Assembly (NCBI GenBank): GCA_977030845.1
Contig: OZ365111.1
Span: 36,828,001-36,892,000 of the forward strand
DNA from: Fimbriosthenelais zetlandica
Taxonomy: Eukaryota
Direction of reading: 5' to 3'
DNA length: 64,000 bases
Both the position numbers and the translations under genes were made by a program. This document shows, in pieces, positions 1 through 15,300 of the stretch (position 1 is its first letter; each line of letters begins with the position of its first letter). The notes beneath the pieces were generated by a model. The model did no database searches. It saw only the letters and a program-made list of their open reading frames with translations, and had not been told where the DNA came from.

Positions 1-716
1 AAGACCGAGATTAGAGAGGGACCTACCGCACCTGAACCCTCAGTAAGCCATCACTCCTTCAAGCCCACTCTTACCTCAATTACTACACCACTGACCGACT
101 CCCGACTCCCTACCCCCACCCCCTACCCCTCTTCTAAACCTCCAGTCAGAAGCATTTGTCTGATGGAAATACGCAGGTTTTAATCATCCTGTGTGCTGGA
201 CAATGGTCAAGAACTGACCATTAGGTATGATAATAACTAGCTCTGCTCAGGAAATATATGAGAGCAACTCTTTGTGAAACTCTTAGTGAATAGTCCAGCC
301 TAGAAATTGTATTACGGCATTAAATTTTATTTACCCTACCAAAATATGATTGGTCAGTCCTTAGAGTAAATTCATTTTACTCTGGATTATATCAACCCCC
401 ATTTAATCAGTGAATGGATCATTATAATTATAAATATTTAGTATTGTATCGTTATAATAGATACAATCTTGAATTTCTTAATTGCAGCACAGAACCAATT
501 AAATCGTGAAAGGAGAATAATAACATACAAGCATTACTAATTTGGATAAAGACATTAGCTCTAGTGTATATAACAACGCTGTGATAAATCGCGTTTCCCG
601 TTTTTGTCTCCCATACGGAAGGTGAGGGGTCATACCGCCAGCTATAAATCTCTGACATTTAAGCGGGATAAACAATTGGGTCAATCACGGAGGAGTCACA
701 CACACAAGACACATAC

Positions 717-809
717 CTTGCCAAACTGTGAGAAGTACGCCTTGACGTCATCCAATGTTGTGGAGGCGGATAGACCCCCAACAAATATCTTCTTAGTCCG
801 TGTAACCAT
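717..809 (-). CDS. msi: Musashi exon 6 ([31 protein letters not shown], 93 nt; start of RRM2). Not shown in the ORF track
   Basis: ttttctcccttgcag acceptor, AAG|gtatgt donor, phase 0-0; [14 protein letters not shown] is identical to vertebrate MSI. Confidence 0.97.
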
Positions 810-1800
810 CTGCAAGGGAGAAAAGAAAAAAATACATGAACATTGTGTTTAGTGAATAAAAATAAGATCGATTTATCATAGAGGAGGACACAAGGTGCAC
901 ACAATGGTAAAAGGTACTCGGGTGGTAAATGTGTATAGGCCTCTGTGTATAATCCGGGGTAAATGGATAAAAAAATCCTTGGTGGTTCTGAGCAGAGGAG
1001 ATAGAAGACCGAGAAGAAAGGCAGTCCTTTGTTCCGATATGAATAGGATTCCGGACACTCAACATATGTGATGCAAATTAATTCAATGGAATTTTATACG
1101 CAGCGCATTAAAAGCGTACATTATTTCCAATTACAGCGACCATCCTTTTTACCGCTCCCAAAGATCCATCATCATTGACGTTCTAATTTTCATGACGTTA
1201 AATGATTTTTTCCTCTCTCAATCTCAATCAATTGTTTTTGATTGAATTCCGGGGTTTCACTTGTCAGCTTAACTAACCCCTTCCACTGCCAAGTCTTGTC
1301 TTGTTGGCAGATCGCTTCTTTTAACCCTTGGGATTCCATGACACAGCTGCGAGGAAGTGCAAGCAAGGGGTCACTAGGACAATGTCGGCTTTGGTTAACC
1401 CTTGGCCCTTTCAGGAAACACAAGAGCCTTCCTTCACCGCGAAATAAAATGGATTCTGTACCCACTGGGAGTGTGAATGGAGTACTATTTCATTCATTGA
1501 AATTTCGTCCATTGTAATCGAGTTCTGGATCTTTAAAGATTATAGAAAAAAACCTTCTGATGCATTTTTAATAGATCAGATATTTTAATGTATTGCCTTG
1601 AATCATTTCCTGTTCTAGTCATTAGTGTATTATTGTGCGTAGTCGACTTCTAGAACTGAGATAAAAGTAGAGAGAAGAGATTCAATGAAAGAGGAAATTA
1701 CATGGAGAAAACTGAAGACTGATGAGGAATGACAATTCTTGAAAATAAATAGAATGGACGGAGAAATGAGTGTGTGGGTGTTTAAGAGAGAACAGGGTAA

Positions 1801-2140
1801 GGGAGTTACTGAAGGGGTATAAATATGAAGAAAGAAAGGACGTCGCAGGGATGGGAAAGGGAGACAGGGAGGATGGGAACGGGAGGGAGTGAGGGAGGGA
1901 AGGGAGAGAGAGAGAGAGGGAAGGGGAGAGAGGGAGGAAGGGGAGTGAGAGGGAGTAGGGATGGTTAAGGGAGAAGGGGAGTGAGAGGGAGGAGGGAGGG
2001 TCAAGGGAGAAGGAGCATAAGAAATGAACGTCTGAAAGGGGCAGAAAGAGTGTGGGAAGAAAGAAACGTGAATGGGATCAAAAGAGAAAGGGGCATGTGG
2101 GCTGGTAGAGAGAGATGGAGAAGAAAGGATAGGGAGTGGA
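1801..2140 (+). repeat. Purine-rich (G/A) low-complexity tract
   Basis: About 340 nt of GGGA/GAGA runs with very few C; explains the S/P/L-rich ORF 1630..2220. Confidence 0.85.
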
Positions 2141-5100
2141 TGGTGCCGGAGTGTAATGAAGTGGCCAGAGGGAGAGCGACCTAGCGGAGGAGGTAAGTAA
2201 TGCGGGCACGAGACTCCCATGAATCACAAGCATGTCTTGAGAGAGCTGCTCCGAATTAATCACATCACTCGCTCAGCTCTGGTCGTCGTCCCTCAATTCA
2301 TGCTGCGGCTACAACAACACCGCCAACAAGGACAACAACGGAGACAACAAGAACATGTACCCATCCCTTGTCATTCATAGACATACCCTCACACACACAC
2401 CGCCTACGCCAGTGAATATTCAATTATGCATACATAGAAAACGCATAGATCTACAGAATCATTCCCACGACCGAAGCAAGTCTTGGGTTACGGAGTCAAT
2501 CCTGCTATGATGGAGGCATGATCCTCTCGAAGATATTTCCAATTGATATTTCTGTGTTTGTAGTTTCCACATTTATATATTACAATTGTCATGTTTAAAT
2601 GTAATGGTTATACAATGAATGTATAACGGCTACTGAACTTATATAGGCATGTCTAAAATCCAGGAGGGAGGGCTTGCATGACAGCAACGACTACATATAG
2701 AAAAAACCCTGGGCTCCTCATAATTTAATCCTTCTCACATATCCAGGCCAATGTAACACGGTTTCGAGAAGCATTGCCAGTGCCTGCCTGCTTGTTGGGA
2801 TGCAGCTGCATCAGCTGATGATACTGTAAGCACCCTAATACTCCGAAGAACATGAAGGACACTGTACAGCTAGCTCCTGGTGGGTGGAAATCACTGGAGC
2901 TGAATTAACACTACCTGGATGAGCGAGTGTTCCATGTCCACTCCTTCAATTTCAAAGCAAATACTATAGAATGTTCAGACTCTCAAGCCATGGCCATATT
3001 GCTTGATAGGACAAAGTGCATGACAAAGGCGAGCATTTCCTATTTCATACTTATTCCTTAGTTGGAGAAGAGCTCTATTCATTTTATTGTAAACTCATTT
3101 CCACAAATGGAAACCTGAAGAAAAGACTAAATGAATATCCTTTTCTTCAGCAATCCTTTGCATCATAAGAAACTGCCTTCCCGCAATCATTTCAAAACTC
3201 ATGATTTTAAGCCATACCCATTGCTAAGCTTGAGTCATTTAACATCCCAACTGCAAGGAAGAATGGAACATTCTCCATTTAAACTAAAGGGCAATGCCCT
3301 TCCGGCTAAAAACCTTGTTTTTTTTGTGACCTCCTTGTACGTTAAGGAACGACTGGGGCAGAAATGACCTCTTCCCCTTCACATGTGATTCCCTCATGCT
3401 ATTTGGTCAAGTGATGACGATGGTAGGGACCCACCTCTGCCCTTCCCCCTAGTCTTTTATCCCTCACTCTAACTCCCCCACCCCCTGCCCCCGTGCTTAC
3501 TCAGCAGAAAAGATACATAACAGCTGATCCCTGCTTGGTAGGCAATTAGGTCGAGGCCATTCGAGGTCAGCAAGCAGGAACAAAGAGAAAGCCCCGGTAG
3601 GAAAAGGAGTTAATGAAGGTCTACAATATAGATTCCTCCGATATGGGATGGGCGATAATAGGGAAGCTGGAAGGTAAAGCCACATGGGACGAAACCAGGT
3701 GATAATGCCTAGCTCTCTGAATGACCCGAATACATGTAATCAAAGCCTGCTTGTGGGGATATGGCCGGTGCTGGGAGGAGGGAGGAGGGTGCATGGTGTA
3801 ACTGCATTCCATTGAGGTAATGGATATTTCGAACCATGTCCTAGATTGCTTGCCTGAAACCATGTGTTGCGAGGCAGTGATTGAGTTCTGTGGAACTAGA
3901 CTGGATTGCAACGCCACATAAAGAATGGTAGTAGCTATAGATCATGGGGTATTTTATGCGATGTCTAGAATATTGTTCGATGGAAATCTAGACATATACA
4001 TGTATTTAGCAAAGGATATAGTCCTACAAAACTACCAATTAAAAACCGAATTTCTTGTTTTACATTATCAAACGATTTCTTAATAGTACCTACATCGATT
4101 TAGGTATAAAAATGAAGGAATCCATAGAAAAGGAACACCCCAGGGATGCAATGCAATGTAAGGAAATTAATGAAACATAGACCCCCAGTTCTCCAACCAA
4201 TCTATGTAATACTATGTATCTGTACTCCCCACTCGTGTGTTTGTATGTATAAAACAGTGTATACATAGGCCTGATACCGCTTCATCGATTGTTCGTTACA
4301 CATCTAGTCGGTATGATGAATGACGAACGATCCCAGTAGAAGAGCATCCAATTCCATTTGAGTGGGATAATGTTTTTGCTTGGCAAATGGTAATTTGAGA
4401 CAGCGAAGAGAGACTGGAGGCGCTAATGGATTGTGGATGCATACTAGACGATAGACACCAACATCATCTTTTCCTTTTCAAAGATAAAGGCTGAGTAGGG
4501 GGAAGATTATACACTCAGTTTGATCCGGTTGACAATGGAATATTATGGAAAAGACTGTGGGGGTAAGACTGCATGGTGATGGGTGGGGATTTGTGAATGT
4601 ATTGGAAGGCTTTTCTTTGTAGGAGAAAGGGAAATGGCTTTGGTTTTAGGTAAAATAGAGGATTTTAAGTAAATAGGCCCCGGCTGTGTCTGCTGCTGTA
4701 GGCAGTGCATTCAGTGTAGAGAGCAGAGGGCCCTCTCTACAGTGTGTGTGCAGATAAGGAAGTGATGTATAAGAATGAGGAGTGCCTGGAGACTGCTACC
4801 AATAACTGGATAGGGCCTAGCTTTCCATACACTTGAGCCCCTCGGGGCGGCTCTGAGCTTATCATGCAATGTGCTGCATCCATGGGCTAAGATGGAGGAG
4901 GAGGTGGTGGGAAGGAGGTGAGGAGGGAAGGGAGGGAGGTGGGTGGGTAGATGAGTGAGTGGGTGTAGGGGAGACAGTGGTGGAGAAGAGATGCAGTGGG
5001 AGGCACTTAGGAGAGGAGGCACTTGTCTCGCCTCATTAACCAACACATCAGATGTAGTATTTGAGAGACAATTTTCAAATCTAAACATGCAAATTGCTGT

Positions 5101-8100
5101 CTAGTGTCTGGGGGCATTCCTATCGGGTCTGAGACTAGGGGGGGGGACAATAGAACTCACGGGTAAGTACATTCATTGTCAAGCCAAATTCGAAAGGCCC
5201 TTTTGGTACTCCTTTAAAAGCTTTGCAGGGTACAGCAGCTGGACACAAGGTCTCGGTATAAACAACCCGAGGGAAGATGATGTTGAAAATAGGGCATAAA
5301 TCCTTCCATGATGAAGAACGTGGGTCTGGCACCCATGCTGAGATTGATGTTCTAACATCACAGGAAAAACACTTTATGCCTTTTTTTCTTTTTCACCTAG
5401 TGTTTTTAACTAATTGCTTGCTAGTAATACAATGGGCAAACTTGTGTATTATATTTATAAGAGCCATAATAGCTGAGAGCCATTCGATAATATAGCTAGC
5501 TTACAAACTATAGCAGACCAGCAGATTGACGCCTGGATGACTGTCTGCGCGACTTGAGGAAGTGACTGCATGGAATCCTGACAGACATTCTTTCCACCTG
5601 CGATTCGGAAGGATTCAAATCTATCAGGTTGTGCATTTCTGATTGTCTCCGTAATTAATGTAGAAAATTGATGGCGAGGAGGCAAACCAGGGGGAATTAC
5701 TGTTTACCAAATCCTTTCCTACCATTATCGATTCAAGCTGCACTCCATCTTTTAAGCCATTTCCAAAAGGATACCCATCGGAATTCTCATTGTCAGGCAA
5801 TGCAGTGTAACAAGGGGCCAACTTGATCACCCTGGCTTCATTCGATCATCCCACAGAGCGTAAGAAATGTCATAATAAACAAGAGAATACGCAAACACAA
5901 AGATTCCTCGAATGATGTGCCAACAAGACTGAAGAACTCCTGGCAGGGCATGAAATTGGACATGATTATTTTTGGTTTGCAGTGTGAGCGAAGGGAATAG
6001 ATGGCAGTGGCATGGTGGAGGTTGGGAGGATGTTGGAATGTTATAATTGATTTGTTCAGCTGGCCATTATATCAACACGCCCAATGATAGCCGGCTGAAG
6101 GGCTGGAGGAAGAAGGGACGAGAGGATTTAGGCAGAGGTGGGGATGCTCAGACGATGAGGGGGTGGGATATAAGAGCTTGGGTTGATGGGTGGGGGTGGG
6201 TTCTTTCTCTTCCTCGGTCCCCAGACATCAACACACGGTGGGAGAGGCAGTTATAGACAAGCTTATTTTCGCCCTCCTGTCTGCTGGGAAGGAGGTTAGT
6301 GACAAGAGGAACCAATAGCTACTCCTCTAACTATTCTTGTATATGAGAGAACTCTAGGGCAAATTGAAACAGTACATGGTAAGCATTCCCCATAGCAATC
6401 CACGATCTAATACTTGTGTTGGAAGGACTAAAAACATACTTAGAGGTCCCGGGCCGACAAAAAGTCTTGGAAATATCTCAGATGGATCCATGTTTGTTGG
6501 CAAATAGTACATTTAAATGTTGGGCCTCCAGGGTCGCCTTCTGACCTCCTGATCCCTTGTGACATAAATATACACATGGACTTGACAGCAGGAGGAAGAA
6601 AACTAAAGATCACCTGTCTTGTTTGTTATGGTCCATGTAAGGCGTCATGTCAAGACCGTGCCATTTTTTGTTGGTTGCCTTTTATGATCGTCAAGCATGG
6701 GGGAGAAAACTTGGCAGCTCGCTTCTTAACCACGTGGGTGGAGAGGAATGGGCCGGCGTTGCCAAACGTTTAACACAATTAAAGGCAATGTAAATGTATA
6801 AGCCAGTTAGCTATAGATCCAGAACAAATCCGTACAAGAGGATTTACATTGAAACATTTTGCTCAAAATGGAACCAAGGATTCCGATTCATGAATTTCTC
6901 TTTAACCATGTGCAGGTAAACCGTCACCGATACATTGTCAACACTATGTAGGCGGATAAAATGGAACCCATGTGCTGCAGGTCACATTACCCACATAATT
7001 GTCGCACACTTCACATCCAAAAGGGAGTACATGTGGGTCAATGAAAAGTAAGGAAGAAAGTGTCTGCTTCCCCCAGCAAAAAGACACCAGTGTAGTGGAA
7101 CTGGGGCAAGAGAACCGAGATATCCTCCGAACCAGAACCACCCCTAATGAAATAATAGGGGATAATTACCCTATCTCCCTTGTCATTACTCCTAATAATA
7201 TTATAATCTTTGTGACATATGCCAATTCTTGACCAAATACACTGTGATCTTTCCTTCTAAGACAATGACACGCGATGGAAATGAAAGGGAGAGGGGAATT
7301 TATCAAGATAAATCCTATATGCAAAATGTATCTAAAATAGACATACTCGGTGATAGCACCTCGGGTAGCAAGGATCAAAGGGGAATTCACGGATCATAAA
7401 ACTGGTTCAACCAGGTTGTATTCGTTAACCCCAAAGAAACCCGGAATAGCAGGAAATAAATGAAATCCAGATCATATCAAATGCGATAAGCAAAAGGAGA
7501 AAACTGACACAGTTAATCCACCTGACCTTTCTAAATGGATTCCAGGTGGTAAGTTGACATATAAAAGCACATGGCTACATACATCTTTTTTTTTTTTGAT
7601 CCCTGAAAATACCTCAAGCAGAACTCGAATGATTCCGGTAGGCCAACCGGAGCGAGAAAGATCAAAACACACCTATCAAGTTTTTAGTTGTTGGTGGGTG
7701 GAGATCCGCAGCCGAGGAGTACCTTTTAATCTGTAGATCAAAACCGACGGAAAACTCGGGTTTGATTGGCATTTAAAGATGGCGGAGCGTGCCAGCTAAG
7801 TCAGCCCACAATGAAGCCATGCATGACTGGCGGATCTCAAATGATCCAACCTTGTGTCTAGAGCTTAACTCAATAGGGAACGCCGCAGTTTTTATGCCAT
7901 GTATTGAGGTGATACCTAAGGTGTGCGGCAAATGCCAAGGGTTGGTGGAGGGGGGAGCAGCAGCAGCTATTCCAGTGTTTCTATATAGGCTTTTCTTATA
8001 GGACTGACGGTCATGGGCCGCCGCCTCTCGGCTCTATCTATTGTGGAAGGGAATTCATCGCGGTAAATAGCATTTGAGGGACTATTTTTGTCCGCGCCTC

Positions 8101-8825
8101 GAGCAGTAACAATGTCAGTATTGGGCCGGGTCTTTGGCGGCGAGCAATAACAAGCACAAGCTGGTTTATATGACTCGGAGCCATGTGAGCCGGTATACGA
8201 TGTTAGTCTTAAGCCATGTTGAATTATTGCTAACATCTGTAGATCTTCATCCGAAAGCTCGTAAAGAACATCACAGCTACAGACAATAAGAAAATATATA
8301 GACTCCCCTCACTCTTGTGCTCTTCAGAAAGAAGCCACTTGGGGTAGTAGCCTGACAAAGCATGGAGCCAGCAAATTACCGCTCAGACTTTTGGAATGAC
8401 TTTATAATGTAAGGAAATAACAAATAAATTGCACTGCTTGCTGTATCCACAAAATATGAATGCAGTAATATCGAGCAGTGTTCAACCCTCAAGGGTGTTC
8501 CACGCCCATTACTCGCATTAATATACATACACAGGGGCCCTTATCTCAAGCAAGACGTATAACATTAACATACATAAGGCTAGCATTAATTGTTTAATTG
8601 CAGCCATTTGCGAGATGTGCTCAACAAATTGTATCGGCTTTTATTGCTATATCTCCAAGGGGTGATGCTATGTTAAATGTGTATATAGATAGGGCCAGAA
8701 GAAGCAATAAAGAAAGAGGAAAAGTAAGAAGAAGGAATAGAGGAACAGAAGAGCAAGAAGATGATCAAGAAACATTCAAGGAAATAGTATTAAGAAGTAA
8801 TAGTTAAAGAAAGGAGGAATGGTAC

Positions 8826-9060
8826 NNNNNNNNNNNNNNNNNNNNNNNNNNNNNNNNNNNNNNNNNNNNNNNNNNNNNNNNNNNNNNNNNNNNNNNNNNN
8901 NNNNNNNNNNNNNNNNNNNNNNNNNNNNNNNNNNNNNNNNNNNNNNNNNNNNNNNNNNNNNNNNNNNNNNNNNNNNNNNNNNNNNNNNNNNNNNNNNNNN
9001 NNNNNNNNNNNNNNNNNNNNNNNNNNNNNNNNNNNNNNNNNNNNNNNNNNNNNNNNNNNN
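8826..9060. other. Assembly gap (235 N)
   Basis: Run of n in the sequence. Confidence 1.
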
Positions 9061-10151
9061 CTCCCCCCACTTTCTATGTGCGTATTCATACATCCTAATA
9101 CTTTACTACATGCTCCAGCATGCTCCGGCCTTGTTGCCTGGAGGAGGGGGCAATCGTGGCCTGGCATTGTAATAAGGCGAGCTATTGCGCCATCCTTGGA
9201 GCAGCTCAACCAGCACCGCCTCCACTAGAGCTCCGTGTACACTGGGACCATTGGCATATAGTGGAGTGGACAGTGAGACGACTGGGGCCAACACGCCAAG
9301 TAAACATACACACCAGCAATGTGCTGACATTTCTGGTAAAGATGGAGAGGGGAGGGTTGGATGAAGGGGAGGGGAGGGTGGGTGGATATTACATCCAGCA
9401 ATACAGCTTATATAGGCTTATTCAAGCAAGTCCTTGCTCAAACTACCCAATATTCCATTCATGGTGATTTTACTCGAGTTTTTCAGTTTGTACTTCCAAC
9501 CCCATACATAATTGGATTCTTTACCATTTATATTAGTCCTGTCACCAGTTGTCCCCCATGTAATTCTTCTCAGCCTTCTACTCATAAATTACACCAAATC
9601 AGCAAAGGCCAATGAACCTACATTTTATCGACAACCAACCGTCTTTAGAGGCAAAGATGGTCTCGCCAATGGATGGGGCATTTCCATATTTATTCCCTCG
9701 TCCTGCGCCCATGAAAACGGCACTTGTTGGCTTACTTTTTTTTCCACCCCCTACATTATCCAGGGCCGGCTGGAACTGGGCGCATAATGAAATCGCCCCC
9801 AAGAATCGCCTTTCTGCTAGTAGTGGTGAACATGTAGCAATATTCCAGCCAGGCGACAGTTAGATGACTGGTCGTGCCAGTCAGTGGTCGCACAAAGCGT
9901 GGAGGACCATTGGCAGGGCTGACCACTGCTGGCCGAGACCTCTTCATTTCCCTGTAATTGCTCTGAGGTAGTCACAAACGAGGCCAATAGTTCACAGAGC
10001 CATGGCGCTGAGATGAAAGCAAGCAAGCCACAGTGGCTTCGTTACTGATGGCTCTCATGGTCTCTCCGGAAAAACTTGCCAGTCCACAATGAAAGCGATA
10101 AGGCTTCCACTAAAGCAGCAGCAATGAATGACCAGGGTGAATGGATACCCA

Positions 10152-10206
10152 GTTGTCTCCAATGAATACACTGTTGTCTCCAATGGATAACCTGTTGTCT
10201 CCAATG
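10152..10206. repeat. Three-copy 21-bp tandem repeat, core GTTGTCTCCAATG
   Basis: Core recurs three times at 21-nt spacing. Confidence 0.85.
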
Positions 10207-12255
10207 ACGCAAATGTTTACACCCACTGACGGGTATCAGGTTAACCATGGGTTAAGGCCAAATGGTAAATGATAATATAGTCATTTATTATATATGGGAT
10301 TGCAACAGAAGTCAATAGGTAATGCGGGTTTTTATGGGCGATGAATGGAATTTTACATGATGCCAAATAGGCACCAACTCGACACACTGACAATACCAAA
10401 ATCTACTGACCCAATCCCCATGCCAAGTTAGAGAAATCATTTGGTTTAGAGTGCCTTTCTTGGCTTCAAAGACCAAAAGAGGCTTATTATGTTAGTCGTA
10501 GAACATTGTTATCGAACCTACAAGGGTATTATAACCCAGTGTTTCCGGCTCTAAAGTAGCACAGGGCAATGGAATAACTGCAGGCTTATTCTTGCCAATA
10601 GCAAATGACTTCAGATGGTCTTTTTCTATTTCGAGTCTGAAGGAAAAATCCAAACCGCAGAGAGGGGTGGCGAACAGCTGGGCAAAGCGATAAGCGATCC
10701 CAAACGTCTTATCTTCAGAATTACATGTCTTGATTTAACTCGTTCCCCCCAAAGAGCAGCAGCAGTTGCCTTCCCTCACTACGCCGATATAAAATATTGG
10801 CATTACCATTACGCAACTAATAATTATTGCATAAGTATGCATTATTATGTAATAGGATAAAGTAATGGTCTAACTGATTAAACAGCATGGGATTTCAATG
10901 GGTCGGTGGATCCCACCATCATTGTAGAAGACTCGCCGATATAGAGAATCAATGGAGTCCAACAGAAGGATGGCTATAGAGAGACTACAAGCGACCTTTG
11001 ATATTTACAAGGTAATTGTGCTTACACTGGACTAGAGTCCATTTGTCCTCAGACTTAACTTTTACCTGCCTGCACTGAATACAGATACAAAGGGAAGGGC
11101 TTTCTCTCGCTCATAAATTCAATATTCTTCATTAGAAGAGTGGGAAAAAGAAAGGCAGCTAATATGTGGTAAGAAATGGGCAAGGGAATGGGAACAGTGA
11201 TTAAGAGGGGTAGTGGGGAAAGAAAAGTTTCCGAACCATCCAAGAGCATGAAAGATATGAATAGAAAACAGATGGAAAGGAGTGGAAAGAAGAATGTCTT
11301 TGGAAGGATATATTGCACTATCCTTTCACACTCCAATACTACATCCTGACAAATAACCCCTTCAAGGGTAGCCATTTGTCATTTAAAAGATGCTAAGGTC
11401 AAAGAGGGCATTCAACAGAGTAGCTCATTATGCTTCTTTTAAAAGAGGAATCTTGGAATCCTTCTGCAGGGCAACGGCCTATCGAACAAGCCTGGAAACC
11501 AAACTATCGATTCCTTCCATCCAAGCCCCCCAGTTACCAACCACACACATTCTCTAAAACCTTTTTTCCATCCTCACGACAACTACCCCCCTCAACTACC
11601 ATTTCTTCACACTTCCTTCCCGCCATTTTCGTTTCTCCTGGACTGTGGTGGCTAAAAGCGGACAGATCAATAAATTCCAAGATGGTTGACTGGCCATTCA
11701 TATTAAGGGCAAATATTGCAGCGAGGTAGGAATGAATCAAGCACCATTCGAAAAGTTCAAGATCCATTCTTACACGATCCAGCCTTCCCGGAGAATAACA
11801 GGCTTCTTTTGATGGTGAAGATTTATCATTTTATTTTCATTTGTTTTTTTTAATTTCAAAGTCACGAACACGAGGGCACGTTTGTTCCCTGCCTGCAACC
11901 CCAATGCGGTTGCCATCGCGACCATTCCCTTATTAATTGATCTATTTCAGGGACACGGAGTTTCTGATGGCTTGTCTAAGGCGGAGGGATTGGTAATGAA
12001 TTCAATTAGGCAACGGACAGCCATTAGGAAGGGAAGAGCTCCACTTGGGGGACTTCCAACACAGCTATAGGAGCGAAGCATTTCTGCCAATCGACAAGGA
12101 CTGAATTATTCATTATTCTGATTGGAAAAATAAACATGGAATGCAGAAAATCCAGGCCTGCCGACTGTAGATCTCGATTTCCAGGCATTTGCAGATGTGA
12201 TATCTGCCACCTGTGCGGAAATGCAAAGAGCGTTCGAGACGGAGAGAGGGAGGAA

Positions 12256-12258
<3 letters not shown>

Positions 12259-12330
<72 letters not shown>
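12259..12330. repeat. (AG)36 microsatellite
   Basis: Perfect dinucleotide run. Confidence 0.98.
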
Positions 12331-12333
<3 letters not shown>

Positions 12334-15300
12334 GATGAGAGAGAGTACAACTACCAACCATCAATAGATTAAAGTAACCACTAATCGGACGAAATTTACA
12401 TCAAAGTACTCCACACCTGAGCGACACAGGGACGAACTACAGGAGCCGTTCCATCAACATTCACCATTTTCCTGCCTGATCTCCACTATCTTTTTCCGAA
12501 ATCTCCTCGGATCCGATGGCCCGGCAAATTTGCTCAAAAAGTACATTTTATGTCATTTTGGAAGCAGGGTGGATTTCGAAGGAGGCTTACAACAGATCAA
12601 AGAGGCTGTTGAATCTGACCTTGGGCCATGAAAGACTGTCCTTGGGAATCAGCATATTGATTGATGGCGAGTGGGCTTGCCTTGACGTTCATATAATGGG
12701 ATCGTTATCTTCAAAACTGCGGAGTTCACCGTCATATTCCAGCATACGGTTAATATACACATAAATATTCACAATCGAATCGCATCCATCCACTGTGTAA
12801 AGCTAAATATGTGACACAAGCAGATTGTTATAGCTGAACCAGTCAAAAATATGACACGATTGAACAGTGACTGTGACAATGGCCTGAACTTGTGCCAATA
12901 CCTTAACAGTTCATTTAACTAACAACTGCCATTTTCTGTTCATGCAGCCGAGCGATTTCCAAGTACTGAGAGTATTTATGGGAATCAGGGAGAGAGAGGG
13001 AGAGTGAAAGAGGGAGAGAGAGGGAGAGGGGAAGAGGGAAATACGCAGTTTAAACATGCGCAAAAGCAGAGATGGAGAGATAATATCCGGTTTCATTTTT
13101 GGCACAAAACCCCACACTGTCCATCTTTTCTCTCCAAGGAATATTTTACACCAGCTCTGAGACGGGTTAAAAATGGCCTGATCTGGGACCGTTTAGAAAT
13201 AGAGACCTCCCTCCGACTCTGATAGTAGATCCTTTCTGAGAGCTCTAATGGCCTGCACGAGCTTTCTGTCATGACACTTTGCAGTGAAAAGATGCAGGAA
13301 GCATTATCATACATGAAATACAAGCATCCGTCAAAAGGTTGGATTTCCTTTGTGGCCGGTTGACAGCTTGCCTATTATCAATGAACATGACTTCTACACA
13401 ATACTGGATGGCCTAGCCCAGACAGTAAAAGGGATGACAACCTTTTCTCAATACTTGGGGGATTCAATGCTGTTCTATTGGGGATATAGATTTGGGTATG
13501 ACAGTCAAATCAGTCCCTTTTTAGGTACGACCACAATTGCCAATTCATTACATATCATGGGCTTATTTCAGGACTATTTTATACATAGACTGGGAGAGAT
13601 AAAAAGGCCACAAAAATCTTAAACAATCACTACCCCATGTGTTATCTATTAATATCAATATATTAAGAAAAATTCCCTAATATATATTATACACATATAC
13701 CATGTATATGTCGTGTAGACTGAGTTTACTTTGTAACCATGTACGCGAGTTTTTCTCAGGTAAAATAGGGTTTCATCTTGATATGAGGAAGCCATAAATC
13801 TGATGACAGATGTTGATAAAAATTACTTCTATAGATAATCTGAGGTATTCAGCATGGAGGGAATGAAGCATAGTGAGTATACATACTGTCACAAATTAGC
13901 AGCATGCACATAGGGTTTTACTTGACTAGTTAGATGTGTCATCCCTCACCGCGGAACCCTAGCTTATAAGCCCGGCTTATAGAAAACCCATTGAAGGTGT
14001 AAGGGATTGGTGAAGCACCCCCATCAAGGGATAAACTGGGCATTGTGACCACATCAGCGTCAGCTTCCAAATCCAAATGGGAGGAGTCGCCACTGTAGGG
14101 TGGTGTCAACCTATGGATTTTCTTCTACAATTAATGTGACTATAATGAAGGCATTTCAAAAGCCCATGGGGTTCCTAAGTAGTGTCACATTACAAATGAA
14201 TGAAATCCAAATCCCAAGTTATCATATCTTTTCTCATTGAACCGTTGCATATATACAATTGATGGCACAGGAGAGGGATTTACAATTCTAAATAAACTAT
14301 TCATGGTGACTAAGCGAATTTAATTAAAGGACTTGTTTTATGTATCTATTGATTTCGCTAGAAGGTAGGCTAGAAGATTTAAATGGACAAAATGGTCCTC
14401 TAATATCACCACCTACAGCTTGCTAAATCACTTTAAATGACAGACTTTATTTAGAAGGCATCAAAGCCTGAGGGCAAGTGACGACTCGAAGCTATTCGTC
14501 CCTGTCTGTCTGCAATCACACGTGTACACACATTTCAAATGTGCCCTGAAAACAATGTCAAAGGAGAGTAGAAAGGCGAGGGAAAGGGATCTGTATATTT
14601 TAAACCGGTGGTGAGAAGGGATTGGGCTTGATCACCACGTGTGACACATTTGATATCGATCCCGCTCGCCCATGTGTTTCAGCTTTGTTGCTTGTATAGA
14701 ATAAAATCAGACTATTCAGAATAGCTGGATATTATACAGAGGGAGGAGGAGCGTAACTATGTAAGGGGTTGGTTGGTTTAGTTCTGACACACTTACACCC
14801 AATCTAGAGATTTAGACCAATGTCCTAACATAAATCTATTTATATGATTTACTGTCAGTATGCACAGCTTCACATCCAATTGAAAACACATTGAAGGGAG
14901 GCGGCTTGATACTCAAGTGAGGGTTCGTGGTTTGGTACCGAACGATTAAGTACAAATTACCATAGTCTTCTTCAATATGGCCAATAGAATATACACATCG
15001 CAGATGAGCCTGGTCATTTGCAAATTCATCAATTTGTAGAAAATGAAGCAGACTTTTGTTTAAAATAAAGGATGCACGGGGGAATAGCACAGCATTCCTT
15101 GGCAAAACCTATGGCCCCGTTGAATCTGCTGAACTTCTCAAATGCGCCATTTTTCATTGCCTTCCTCAGTAGGACCAGCTGAACACAGCCTTTTGAGAGG
15201 GAAGAAAGGTGTTGGAGGCGTGCAAGGCTTGGGCGAGAAGAAAGTAAAAGGGCAGTGAGTGGTAAATGGGAGGAGGAGGAATAGGAGAAGGGGCTAGTGG

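Noticed and set aside
1630-2220. 196-aa S/P/L-rich ORF, and similar ORFs at 12024-12372, 35385-36038, 37171-37629 and 52287-52927
   Set aside because: By-products of GA/CT low-complexity tracts that lack stop codons.
2333-2345. 13-nt stretch complementary to msi exon 1 (CAACAACGGAGAC)
   Set aside because: Low-complexity CAA context; a chance expectation of about 0.1 by rough estimate is not small enough.
8776-9209. ORFs containing X runs
   Set aside because: Artefacts of the N gap.
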